64,000 nt of DNA, from assembly GCA_031285625.1 (NCBI GenBank), contig JAITVV010000056.1, positions 64,001-128,000 of the forward strand, written 5' to 3'. Below are positions 30,353 through 40,404 of the stretch, in pieces. The translations under genes were made by a program, and so were the position numbers. The notes beneath the pieces were generated by a model. It searched no databases. It had not been told where the DNA came from and was given only the letters and a program-made list of their open reading frames with translations. Each line of letters opens with the position of its first letter. Within the stretch, counting starts at the first letter, position 1. Source of the DNA: Prevotella sp. (GTDB lineage: Bacteria; Bacteroidota; Bacteroidia; Bacteroidales; Dysgonomonadaceae).

Positions 30353-33300
30353 ATGAGAAAACATTTATTCCTCCTCAGTATTTTGGCCGTCTCATTTCTT
30401 TTTATGCTTAGTTCGTGTAAAAGAAGCGGTAGTAAAGAAATCAATCCTGAGTTTGCCAAGTATGTAGCAGCTTTCACGTATGGGAAAATATCTTCGAGTT
30501 CTGAAATACAAATTGAACTGACACAAGATATTCCTACAGCAGAATTAAATAAAGAAATAGAGCAGGATTTGTTCGAGTTTTCCCCGTCTATTAAGGGAAA
30601 GGCATATTGGACAAGCACCCGCACTATAAAGTTTGTACCCGAACCCGGCGAGCTAAAGCAGGGTAAAGAGTATGATGCATGGTTCAAACTCGATAAAGTA
30701 TTGCAAGTAGACAGCGACTTCAAGGAATTCTATTTTTTCTTCCGTGTACCTGAGCAGAATTTCAATGTAAATCTGCAACCTTATACACAGATGAAGGATA
30801 ACGATCTCACATGGAATACTGTGCAGGGAGAGATCCTTCTTGCTGATGATGCCAGCCCCGAAGATTTAAAAAGTATGCTTTCGTTATCAGGTGGAGACAA
30901 AGCAAATGACGCTAAAATAAAGATTACTCCTACAGAGACCAAGGGTAGATATAACTTGATAATCGATAGCCTTTACAGAAGCAGTCAGGAACTGGAATAT
31001 ACACTGCATATCAAAGGCAGTGTAATCAATGCGAAGAGAGATGATGAAAAAAAGATAACAATGCCGGCGATCTCCGACTTTAAGGTGTTGGATGTAACTA
31101 TGGAATATTCTCCCCAAGAGTGCGTACGTATTACATTCAGCGACCCACTATCGCTCAATCAGAATATACAGGGATTGGTTAAGCCTGGAATTATAGAAAG
31201 TTTCTCTTTCGACACACAAAAAAATATATTAAAGTTATATCTGGATAAGACCACCAGAGGGACAAGCACGGAACTCAAAATATTTAAGGAATTAAAGAAT
31301 TCTCAGAATAAATCATTGGATAAGGATTATACATTCAGTGTAAACTTCGAAAAGAATAAACCGGAAATACAAGTTCCTAACTCAGGAAATATACTTCCTA
31401 ATTCGGATAACCTTATTATTCCGTTTCAGGCAGTAAATCTATGGGCCGTGAATGTACAGGTAATTAAAATATATGAAAACAATATCTTAGGGTATTTACA
31501 GTCGAACGACTTTGGAGGGAGCAATGAGCTTAAACGTTTTGGCCGTCTGGTTCTGAAAAAACGTATCAGATTGGATGAAGACCCAACTTTGAAACTCGAT
31601 GAGTGGAATAATTTCTCCCTTGACTTGGCTTCAATGATGAAGCAGGATCCGGGAGCAGTATACAGGGTTGAATTCACCATGCAGAAGGAGTATTCTCTAT
31701 ACCCATGTGAAGGTATGGTACCTCAGATACCAAAAGATGCAGCCTTGGAACGTTTCGACAATGATATGGACGAAGACGATGAAGCACAATGGGATAATCC
31801 CGGTTATTACTATTATTCCGATGAGTGGGATTGGGACTATTACGATTGGCAACAAAGAGAGAATCCGTGTGACCCTACATACTATATGAATAAAACCTCA
31901 TATGCTGTAGTATTAGCATCCAACATAGGTATGACTGCTAAAATGGGATCGGAAAAGAAAATGACTGTGGCCTTAACCGATATATTGACTACGAATCCGA
32001 TTTCAGGAGCTACTGTAGATATATACAACTATCAGATGCAACGGATAGGAGGCGGAAAATCGGATGGTGACGGCTTTGTTGAAACCGAATATAAAGGAGG
32101 TGTACCTTTTGTTGTTATAGCCTCTAAAGGTAAAGAAAAAGGATACCTGAAAGTTACTTCCAATTTATCTTTATCATTGAGTAACTTTGACGTAAGCGGA
32201 CAGGAAATACAAAAAGGATTGAAAGGGTATATCTACGGTGAGCGCGGCGTATGGCGTCCGGGTGATTCTATTTTTGTCACCTTTATTCTTGAAGATAAAA
32301 ACCAAAGTTTACCAAAAGATCATCCTGTTTCTCTTGAATTGTATACCCCTCGCGGTCAGATGGCTCAACGCTACGTATCCACGACAGGCAAAGACGGATT
32401 CTATGCATTCCGCATGGCTACCGATCCAAATGCTATTACAGGGAACTGGCAGGCACGAGTAAAAGTCGGAGGTGTCACATTCTCCAAGACAATGAAGATA
32501 GAAACCGTTAAACCGAACCGCCTTAAAGTAAGGCTGGATGCCGGCGAAATGATCAATGCCGGTGGCGGTACTTTCTCAGCACCCCTTTCATCGCAATGGT
32601 TACATGGTGCTCCTGCCGCTAATCTGGCAGCAAAAGTAGAAATGACTTTAAACAAGGCATATACTCCATTCAAAGGCTATGAAAAGTATACATTCAACAA
32701 TCCGGCATCTAATTTCACATCAGACACCTATACTATTTTTGATGGGAAGCTGGATGCATCGGGAAATGCAATAGTAACAGCCAGCCTCCCTCAGGCGGCG
32801 AGTGCTCCGGGTATGTTACGTGCTAATATTGTTTCCCGTGTATTTGAGTCGGGTGGTGATGCAAGTATATATTCACAAACGGCAGCTTACTCACCATATC
32901 CGGCCTATGTAGGGGTTAAAACCGCTGCCGAGAGTGATTATGGATGGCTGGAAACGGATAAGGACAATATCTTTGACATTGTAACTTTAAGCCCTGATGG
33001 GAAGCCCGTAAACCGTCCTAATGTAAACGTGAAGATATATAAATTGAAATGGTCATGGTGGTGGAACTCGGGAGATAATCTGGCATCATACGTAAATAAT
33101 ACATCTACTGAGGTATTACTCAATGAAAATATATCTACCTCAGGAGGAAAGGGGTCTGTTAAGTTCCGTATAGATTATCCTGATTGGGGACGTTACCTGA
33201 TTATGGTAAAAGACGAGCAAGGCGGACATATTACAGGTAGAGTATTCTATGTAGACTGGCCATCGTGGAGGGGACGATCTCAGAAAGACGATCCGAGCGG

Positions 33301-35920
33301 GCTTACAATGCTTTCGTTCTCTACAGACAAGCAATCTTATGAGGTAGGTGAAACAGTAACTGTCATACTTCCTAAAAGCTCACAAGGACGTACTTTACTC
33401 ACTATCGAGGACGGCTCGAGTATCATTTCACGTCAGTGGGTAAAAACCAGTGCTACAGAAGATACGAAGCATACATTCAAGGTAACAGAAGAGATGACTC
33501 CTAATTTCTACATCTTTGCCAGTCAGCTTCAACCGCATGCACAGACAGACAATGACCTGCCTATACGTATGTATGGTGTGCTGAATATTAATGTAGAAAA
33601 TAAAGAAACTGTATTAACTCCGGTAATAAATATGCCGGATGAACTCCGGCCTGAAAAAGAATTTACAGTTTCTATATCTGAAAAGAATAAAAAGGAAATG
33701 ACATATACCCTAGCCATTGTTGACGAAGGATTGTTAGACCTGACCGCTTTCAAAACACCGAATGCATGGGCAGACTTCTATGCCCGTCAGGCTTTGGGTG
33801 TACGCACATGGGATATGTTTGATATGGTAGTGGGAGCACAGACAGGAAAGTTAGGGCCACTATTAAGCATCGGTGGTGACGAAGCTCTGAAACCATCTAA
33901 TAATGCGATGAGCAGGTTTAAACCTGTAGTGAAATATCTGGGGCCATTCTCTCTGGGCAGTGGCAAAACAGATACTCATAAGATCACTCTCCCATCCTAC
34001 TTCGGTTCGGTACGTGTAATGGTTGTTGCCGGAAATAAGAAAGGAGCTTATGGAAATGCCGAAAAAGCTGTACCTGTAAGAAATCCGTTAATGATACTAT
34101 CTACCCTTCCTCGCGTAGCAGGGCCTGACGAAGAAATATTGCTTCCGGTAAATGTCTTTGCAATGGATAAGAAAGTGAAGAACGTTAGTTTGACCGCACA
34201 ATCGAATGGTTTGTTCCAATTTACTGATGGCACATCCAAATCCGTATCATTTACAGATGTGGGAGATAAGATGGTTTACTTTAAAGTAAAAGTCGGTAAA
34301 AAGACAGGATACGAAAAAGTAGTCATCAAAGCAACAGGCGGAGGTGAAACTGCAACAGAGACAATCGATATTGAAATCCGCAATCCAAATCCGCATGTAT
34401 TATTAAGTTCACAAGCTTTGGTTCCGGTAAATGATACAGCTCAGCTATCCATCTCATTTGAAGACCCGAAAGCCGAAGATTGGGCTAAACTCGAAGTATC
34501 GCGTATGCCGGGAGTCAACCTGAATAATACATTGACCTATCTGCGTTATTATCCTTACGGATGTACAGAGCAAGTTACGTCAAAAGGCTTCCCGCTGTTA
34601 TTCTTAGAGAAATTCAGACCACTCACAGATAAAGAAAAAGAGGTAATTGTAGATGAAAATGTGAAGGGTGCTATCCAGACAATCGCTTCACGCCAGCTTG
34701 GTGATGGTGGTATTGTTTATTGGCCGGGTAACCGCTACCCTGACGAATGGGTGACAAGCTATGCCGGACACTTCTTACTGGAAGCTCAGCGTGCCGGACG
34801 AGATGTACCTGCATCTGTGATTAATAAATGGAAACAATTCCAGAAAAAATCAGCACAGACATGGAACAGAGGCAACTTGTATAATTCATATTATACATAC
34901 TCTATGACCGACCTGCAACAAGCATACCGTCTGTATACGCTGGCACTTGCCGGAGAGCCCGAACTGGGAGCTATGAACAGGCTGAAAGAAATGAAAGACC
35001 TCTCAGTACAGGCACGTTGGAGACTGGCAGCAGCATATGCATTGGCAGGCAAGAAAGATGCAGCATTGCAACTGACAAATAATGCAAGTGACCAGATAGA
35101 GCGTTATTCATTCAGTAATAATACATTTGGAAGCTCACAACGCGATATGGCTATGATAATGGAAACATACTTATTATTAGGCCAAACCGAAAAAGCTCTT
35201 AAGTTATCATTTAAAGTATCTGAATATCTGAGTGGAAGTTATATAACAACCCAAACAGCTGCCTATGGACTGATAGCTATGTCGAGGTTGGCAGAGAAAA
35301 TGGGTAAAGGTGTAATTTCTTACGAATGGTCATTGAATGGCGTACAGCAGAAAGTAAGTAATTCAGGTGATGTTTTTCAGGAGGTCACTCTAAAACCTCA
35401 GAGCAAGGTACATGTGACAGTTAAGAATAAAGGACAAGGTGAGATATTTGTACGCCTATTAGGACGTACTCAACCACTGACAAATGATACCCCAGCCGAA
35501 ATAAATGGCATTAAGCTATATGTTAAATACCTGGACGAAAATGGTAAAGAGATTGATGTAACGTCACTCCGTCAAGGTACGGAATTCTATGCAAATGTAA
35601 TTGTGCAGAACATATCCGGACAGTATCTTACAGATATGGCTCTCGACCAGATCTTTGCTTCAGGATGGGAAATCTTTAATAACCGCTTGTTTAATGAGGC
35701 AGATAAGAGAACGGCTAGCTCCTTCAATTATCAGGATATCAGAGATGACCGGGTTTACACATATTTCAATCTGGGTACAGGCTACTCAATGTCATTCAAG
35801 GTAAGATTACAAGCAGCATACTGCGGTAAGTTCTATCTTCCGGCTGTAGCCAGTGAAGCAATGTATAGCCCGGATATTAACGGACGAACTACCGGACAAT
35901 GGGTAGAGGTAAAACAATAA
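30353..35920 (+). CDS. Bacterial alpha-2-macroglobulin lipoprotein
   Basis: LSSC lipobox after ATG 30353, ERGVWRPGD, YPYGCTEQ thioester motif, DIRDDRV. Confidence 0.95.
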   Translation: MRKHLFLLSILAVSFLFMLSSCKRSGSKEINPEFAKYVAAFTYGKISSSSEIQIELTQDIPTAELNKEIEQDLFEFSPSIKGKAYWTSTRTIKFVPEPGELKQGKEYDAWFKLDKVLQVDSDFKEFYFFFRVPEQNFNVNLQPYTQMKDNDLTWNTVQGEILLADDASPEDLKSMLSLSGGDKANDAKIKITPTETKGRYNLIIDSLYRSSQELEYTLHIKGSVINAKRDDEKKITMPAISDFKVLDVTMEYSPQECVRITFSDPLSLNQNIQGLVKPGIIESFSFDTQKNILKLYLDKTTRGTSTELKIFKELKNSQNKSLDKDYTFSVNFEKNKPEIQVPNSGNILPNSDNLIIPFQAVNLWAVNVQVIKIYENNILGYLQSNDFGGSNELKRFGRLVLKKRIRLDEDPTLKLDEWNNFSLDLASMMKQDPGAVYRVEFTMQKEYSLYPCEGMVPQIPKDAALERFDNDMDEDDEAQWDNPGYYYYSDEWDWDYYDWQQRENPCDPTYYMNKTSYAVVLASNIGMTAKMGSEKKMTVALTDILTTNPISGATVDIYNYQMQRIGGGKSDGDGFVETEYKGGVPFVVIASKGKEKGYLKVTSNLSLSLSNFDVSGQEIQKGLKGYIYGERGVWRPGDSIFVTFILEDKNQSLPKDHPVSLELYTPRGQMAQRYVSTTGKDGFYAFRMATDPNAITGNWQARVKVGGVTFSKTMKIETVKPNRLKVRLDAGEMINAGGGTFSAPLSSQWLHGAPAANLAAKVEMTLNKAYTPFKGYEKYTFNNPASNFTSDTYTIFDGKLDASGNAIVTASLPQAASAPGMLRANIVSRVFESGGDASIYSQTAAYSPYPAYVGVKTAAESDYGWLETDKDNIFDIVTLSPDGKPVNRPNVNVKIYKLKWSWWWNSGDNLASYVNNTSTEVLLNENISTSGGKGSVKFRIDYPDWGRYLIMVKDEQGGHITGRVFYVDWPSWRGRSQKDDPSGLTMLSFSTDKQSYEVGETVTVILPKSSQGRTLLTIEDGSSIISRQWVKTSATEDTKHTFKVTEEMTPNFYIFASQLQPHAQTDNDLPIRMYGVLNINVENKETVLTPVINMPDELRPEKEFTVSISEKNKKEMTYTLAIVDEGLLDLTAFKTPNAWADFYARQALGVRTWDMFDMVVGAQTGKLGPLLSIGGDEALKPSNNAMSRFKPVVKYLGPFSLGSGKTDTHKITLPSYFGSVRVMVVAGNKKGAYGNAEKAVPVRNPLMILSTLPRVAGPDEEILLPVNVFAMDKKVKNVSLTAQSNGLFQFTDGTSKSVSFTDVGDKMVYFKVKVGKKTGYEKVVIKATGGGETATETIDIEIRNPNPHVLLSSQALVPVNDTAQLSISFEDPKAEDWAKLEVSRMPGVNLNNTLTYLRYYPYGCTEQVTSKGFPLLFLEKFRPLTDKEKEVIVDENVKGAIQTIASRQLGDGGIVYWPGNRYPDEWVTSYAGHFLLEAQRAGRDVPASVINKWKQFQKKSAQTWNRGNLYNSYYTYSMTDLQQAYRLYTLALAGEPELGAMNRLKEMKDLSVQARWRLAAAYALAGKKDAALQLTNNASDQIERYSFSNNTFGSSQRDMAMIMETYLLLGQTEKALKLSFKVSEYLSGSYITTQTAAYGLIAMSRLAEKMGKGVISYEWSLNGVQQKVSNSGDVFQEVTLKPQSKVHVTVKNKGQGEIFVRLLGRTQPLTNDTPAEINGIKLYVKYLDENGKEIDVTSLRQGTEFYANVIVQNISGQYLTDMALDQIFASGWEIFNNRLFNEADKRTASSFNYQDIRDDRVYTYFNLGTGYSMSFKVRLQAAYCGKFYLPAVASEAMYSPDINGRTTGQWVEVKQ

Positions 35921-35943
35921 ATTAAGTTTTAGTCAAATAGAAG

Positions 35944-35979
35944 AATAAGGCGTTTCATTTTGAAACGCCCTATTTTTTT
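35944..35979 (+). terminator. Intrinsic terminator
   Basis: GGCGTTTCA-TTT-TGAAACGCC followed by a T run. Confidence 0.8.
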
Positions 35980-36081
35980 ACGAAGTATTCCTATCTAAAA
36001 GAAAACGCAGGAAAAATCATCCACATAAAGAACTAGCAATAAACATATTAGCTATTTTATTTAAAAAAAACGACAAAAAGT

Positions 36082-36108
36082 TGTAACTATTTTAACCTAC
36101 CTCACGTC
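36082..36108 (+). promoter_or_regulatory. Candidate ECF sigma promoter
   Basis: TGTAAC-N17-CGTC, the AAC/CGT layout typical of ECF promoters. Confidence 0.5.
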
Positions 36109-36176
36109 ATATTTACAGAAGCGCCTCTTAAACGAAAAAGAATAAAAAGATTAAGAAACAATTAAAAAACACAGTC

Positions 36177-36587
36177 ATGAAAGCAAGAATATTATCATTA
36201 GCAGTAGTCGTTTTATTATCAGTTGCAGGCGTATATGCATCAAGTCCAAAAACTAAAATATACAATAATAAAATTGGTAATGTAAAAGAACTAACAATGG
36301 TTGATAGTGAAACATCTAAAGCCATAAAGAAAGTTGTTTGTAACTATGATTCTAACGGAATACTACAAGAAAAAACATTCTATATCTGGAGCGAAACTCA
36401 AGGTTGGATAGGTTCTCAAAAATACAGTTATGAATACAATGATGGAAAACTAGATACAGTCGTCTATAATGAATGGAATAAAAATATAGCAGCATGGAGC
36501 GGAACACAACACCTAGTATATACTTACGATACAGATGGTGAGTTCCTTGCAACAAGACAAGTAGATAATCTGATGGCAGCGAAATAA
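36177..36587 (+). CDS. DUF3836-like secreted protein (paralog of 5348-5800)
   Basis: Shares KIYNN, VKE.T, DSETS.AIKK, LQEKTFY.W, QGW.G.QKY.YEYN, KNIA.WS. Confidence 0.78.
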   Translation: MKARILSLAVVVLLSVAGVYASSPKTKIYNNKIGNVKELTMVDSETSKAIKKVVCNYDSNGILQEKTFYIWSETQGWIGSQKYSYEYNDGKLDTVVYNEWNKNIAAWSGTQHLVYTYDTDGEFLATRQVDNLMAAK

Positions 36588-36613
36588 GCGCCTGATTAAT
36601 ATATTTGAATCCG

Positions 36614-36644
36614 AAAGTTGCCTCTTTTCAGAAGCAACTTTTTT
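36614..36644. terminator. Terminator between convergent genes
   Basis: AAAGTTGC...GCAACTTT plus a T run. Confidence 0.7.
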
Positions 36645-36647
36645 ATT

Positions 36648-37445
36648 TTAAACAAACAGATACAGACTAAAAGCCATTACCAGCATACCAGCTACAAGCC
36701 CCATTATCGAAATATGATGTTTCCCATATTTCTCTGCGCTGGGAAGCAGTTCGTCCAATGATATAAATACCATTATACCTGATACTGCAGCCAGTATGAT
36801 ACCATTCATAGCAGGAGTCCAGAATTGCATAAGAAAAAAATAAGCGATCAAAGCACCGAAAGGCTCAGCAAGCCCTGAAGAGAAAGAAAGCCAGAATGCT
36901 TTTTTCCTACTGCCTGTTGCATGATATATTGGTACAGCAACCGCAATCCCTTCCGGAATATTATGTATAGCGATAGCGATAGTTATAGGAATAGCAACAT
37001 CCAACGAACCCAAGGCAGAAGTAAATGTCGCGATACCCTCAGGAAAGTTATGTATGGCAATAGACATGGCAATAACAATACCTGTACGTTTCAATGACCG
37101 TTTTTTACTATCCATATCCTCCACACCCTGTATCTCATGAGGATTAAGAGATTCAGGAATAAGGAAGTCGATGAGATTAATAAATGTAATACCTGCAAAG
37201 AAAGCGAGGATAAGGTATAACGTTCCCAGCTTTTCGCCATATACCGAGACCAATTCTAATTTCCCTTCAGGCATCATTTCCATAAAGGAAACATATAGCA
37301 TAATTCCGGCAGAAAACCCGAGTGAAGCACAAAGAAAATTTGTATTGGTATGTTTTGCTAATAAAGCGATCAAACTACCGATACCGGTAGACAATCCGGC
37401 TATAGCAGTTAAGATAAACGCCAATAATATATTGTATTCCGACAT
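36648..37445 (-). CDS. zupT: ZIP-family zinc transporter
   Basis: HNFPEG and HNIPEG motifs, LDELLP. Confidence 0.93.
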   Translation of the reverse strand: MSEYNILLAFILTAIAGLSTGIGSLIALLAKHTNTNFLCASLGFSAGIMLYVSFMEMMPEGKLELVSVYGEKLGTLYLILAFFAGITFINLIDFLIPESLNPHEIQGVEDMDSKKRSLKRTGIVIAMSIAIHNFPEGIATFTSALGSLDVAIPITIAIAIHNIPEGIAVAVPIYHATGSRKKAFWLSFSSGLAEPFGALIAYFFLMQFWTPAMNGIILAAVSGIMVFISLDELLPSAEKYGKHHISIMGLVAGMLVMAFSLYLFV

Positions 37446-37604
37446 TACTTATAGTGTGTTATAGTTACAAAGGTATGATATAGTTTTTATGTTAAAAATT
37501 ATATTGTTGTTAGATTGTTTTGATATAAACATTTTTGGTACATTTAAAGTTTAATATATTTCTACAAATAAATTAAGTTATGATAAACATTTGTTGACGT
37601 ATTT

Positions 37605-37716
37605 TTGTCATGCTGACGATAGGAAGCATCCCGACCCATTTACATACGCTGTGCTCCTGTGACCGTTGGTTGTCAAGGATAAAAGAAAAGAGATCCTTCG
37701 TTCCTCAGGATGACAA
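37605..37716. repeat. REP/MITE-like palindromic element
   Basis: Imperfect ~27-bp terminal inverted arms TTGTCATGCTGACGATAGGAAGCATCCC / GAGATCCTTCGTTCCTCAGGATGACAA; related to 50732-50841. Confidence 0.8.
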
Positions 37717-37777
37717 CAATGAAGTAAAATACGACAATAGATACTTAGATGCCTGTTTTTATAAAAAATTTGTCAAT

Positions 37778-38254
37778 ATGAAAAAGATCATAAATCCATG
37801 GGAAGGTATCGATGGCTACATGTGCTATGCCTGTTCACCGAACAATCCGAATGGTCTGCATATGGAATTCTACGAAGATGGGAATGATGTGGTGGCATTG
37901 TGGAAACCTACTCTATATCAGCAAGGATGGCTGGATACGCTACATGGAGGTATTCAGAGTACACTTATGGATGAAGTAGGGGGATGGGTAATAGTCCGTA
38001 AATTGCAAACCACAGGGGTAACTTCCAAGCTTGAAGCCAAATTCCTTAAAAGCATTTCTACTAACGAACCTTTGCTTACGATCAGGGGCAGAATAAAAGA
38101 ACAAAAACGCAACGCTATTTTCCTGGAAACAGAGATATTTAACTCGCAAAACGAATTATGTGCACGTGCAGACCTTTTATACTTTGTTGTCAGCCCGGAA
38201 AAAGCATCTGAAGATTTTCGTTTTAAGGGATGTAAAATCGAGGGTGAAGAGTAA
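37778..38254 (+). CDS. PaaI-family hotdog thioesterase
   Basis: CYAC..NNPNGL, LHGGIQSTLMDE; real start ATG 37778. Confidence 0.88.
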   Translation: MKKIINPWEGIDGYMCYACSPNNPNGLHMEFYEDGNDVVALWKPTLYQQGWLDTLHGGIQSTLMDEVGGWVIVRKLQTTGVTSKLEAKFLKSISTNEPLLTIRGRIKEQKRNAIFLETEIFNSQNELCARADLLYFVVSPEKASEDFRFKGCKIEGEE

Positions 38255-38292
38255 CCATTAATATTATTGAAAAGAAAAAAACAGGTCGGATT

Positions 38293-39681
38293 ATGACACA
38301 ACCGGATAGTAAAATAAATCTTAGCGCGCTGCTCTTTATCCTATGCCTGGCATCTTCATTGGTTCCGTTTATGGGCTCTGCTTTAAATCTGGCATTGCCT
38401 TATATCAATAAAGATCTATCACTAAATGCGGTTATGTCCGGCTGGGTTCCAACTTCATATATGTTGACCACAGCTATCCTACAGATTCCCTGTGCACGTA
38501 TAGCCGATATGGTAGGCCGTAAGAAAGTTTTTATCTGGGGCGTAATAATCCTTACTATTTTCTCGATCCTTAGCGGACTGGCAACCACAGGGGCTACACT
38601 TATCGTCTACCGTTCTCTGGCAGGCATAGGAAGTGCCATGATGTTTGGAACAAGTACAGCTATACTTACTTCTTCCGTTCCAAATGAAAAACGGGGAAAG
38701 GCAATGGGTATAATCGCTGCCAGTGTTTATTTTTCTCTGGCGGCAGGACCTTTTATAGGTGGTATTCTCACTCAATACTTTAATTGGCACAGTATCTTTT
38801 TTGTATCAGCAGCAGTAAGCCTTATTGTAGCAATCGGGGGATATTATATTATAAAAGAAGACTGGAAAGAAGAAGTAAAAAGCAAATTTGACACAGTCGG
38901 TTCTATCCTGTTTGCTATTGGCTTATCTTCTCTCATCTATGGGTTTACGATGCTTCCCCATCTCTTGGGATTTGTCTTTATTGGCGTAGGCATTATTGTG
39001 TTATTACTATTTTCAGCTTATGAAAAAAAACAGGAATTCCCCGTCTTTAATATGCGGATATTTCTTGGCAACAAAGTATTCCGTTTGTCTTCACTCTCGG
39101 CTTTAATTAATTACTCGGCCACATTCGCTATATCTTTCATGTTAAGCCTGTATTTGCAATATGTTCGCGGCTTGTCTCCACGCGATGCAGGTTTGATTCT
39201 TATTATCCAGTCTATAGTGCAGGCGGTAGCATCCCTCAAATCGGGGAGCCTGTCGGACAAGATGTCTCCAACATTTCTGGCCACTCTGGGTATGAGTATT
39301 ATTGCTGTCGGATTAGTCGGTCTTTGCTTTATCTCAGAAACTACAAGCTACTATTTTCTGGGAGGGATGATGATACTGCTTGGTTTAGGTTTTGGTATAT
39401 TCTCGTCACCAAACACAAATATTATAATGAGTTCTGTAGAAAGGAAACATTATGGACTAGCCTCTGCAACAATGGGCACTATGAGGCTCACAGGGCAAGC
39501 ATTAAGCATGGGTATCGCCATTATGGCAATCTCTATTGTTATAGGAAATATAGATTTATCAATAGCCCCACATCCTAAGTTTATCAGCAGCATGCGGATA
39601 ACATTCATCATCTGTCTTGTACTTTGCCTTTTCGGTATTTATGCTTCCTCTGCCAGAGAAAAAACTCATACAAACAAATAG
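38293..39681 (+). CDS. MFS drug:H+ antiporter (DHA2-like, 14 TM)
   Basis: LNLALP, ADMVGRKK, RGKAMG, GPFIGG, FSSPN. Confidence 0.9.
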   Translation: MTQPDSKINLSALLFILCLASSLVPFMGSALNLALPYINKDLSLNAVMSGWVPTSYMLTTAILQIPCARIADMVGRKKVFIWGVIILTIFSILSGLATTGATLIVYRSLAGIGSAMMFGTSTAILTSSVPNEKRGKAMGIIAASVYFSLAAGPFIGGILTQYFNWHSIFFVSAAVSLIVAIGGYYIIKEDWKEEVKSKFDTVGSILFAIGLSSLIYGFTMLPHLLGFVFIGVGIIVLLLFSAYEKKQEFPVFNMRIFLGNKVFRLSSLSALINYSATFAISFMLSLYLQYVRGLSPRDAGLILIIQSIVQAVASLKSGSLSDKMSPTFLATLGMSIIAVGLVGLCFISETTSYYFLGGMMILLGLGFGIFSSPNTNIIMSSVERKHYGLASATMGTMRLTGQALSMGIAIMAISIVIGNIDLSIAPHPKFISSMRITFIICLVLCLFGIYASSAREKTHTNK

Positions 39682-39803
39682 ATAAACATCTCATTACCAA
39701 TACACTATAGATATCATTCTCTAAGATAAGTCATACTCCCTCAATTTCATAGTTATTATTATGGTTGTTTCCATATATTTGATTATAACCAAATAATAAG
39801 AAA

Positions 39804-40334
39804 ATGGAATTTAACTTTCAAAATTTAGATGAAGAAACTAGGTCCTTAATGTTAGGCGAAATTGATCACGATGTAACAGAAGGTAAGTTATATCAAAGTA
39901 AACGATTTAAAGAAGGTCAAGAAATTATATATCTTGAATTGTTAAAAAAAATTGTAATAAGTGGTAATGAAAAATCTTTAGCAACTGCACTTAAAGCAAA
40001 TAAATGTTTTAAAACTCATGAGTTGAGAAAAACAAAAAGTGGATACACAGAAGTTAAAGTTCCAGAGAATGCAGAAAGTCTCTTTGCTGAAGGAGAGTTT
40101 AATAGATTCTATATAAGAGCATTATGCTTAAGAATAATCAATAAGGGTGGTAGCCTCGAAATATATAGAGCCAGAGAATCACAAAACCCTCGTAAAGAAT
40201 CAGAAATATTAATTGGAAATATTATAGATGCAAAACAACTACTAAATGACTTAAGAGAAAATATTGGAATTGATACAGTATTAGGACTGCCTCCAGGTCC
40301 TAATAGTGGTTTGAGTGTAAAGATTATAACCTAA
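39804..40334 (+). CDS. AT-rich hypothetical protein
   Basis: 176-aa ORF with own TATATTTG box (39774-39781); AEGEFNRFYIRALC and LGLPPGPNSGLSV motifs. Confidence 0.75.
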   Translation: MEFNFQNLDEETRSLMLGEIDHDVTEGKLYQSKRFKEGQEIIYLELLKKIVISGNEKSLATALKANKCFKTHELRKTKSGYTEVKVPENAESLFAEGEFNRFYIRALCLRIINKGGSLEIYRARESQNPRKESEILIGNIIDAKQLLNDLRENIGIDTVLGLPPGPNSGLSVKIIT

Positions 40335-40404
40335 AAAAGAATTTCTCTGATAAAGACTAAAGATTATTTTTAAAAGGATAATTTTGTAGCCAAATAGAAT
40401 CAGA

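Noticed and set aside
37610-37777. N-terminal extension of the thioesterase ORF
   Set aside because: It reads through the palindromic repeat; the domain starts at ATG 37778.
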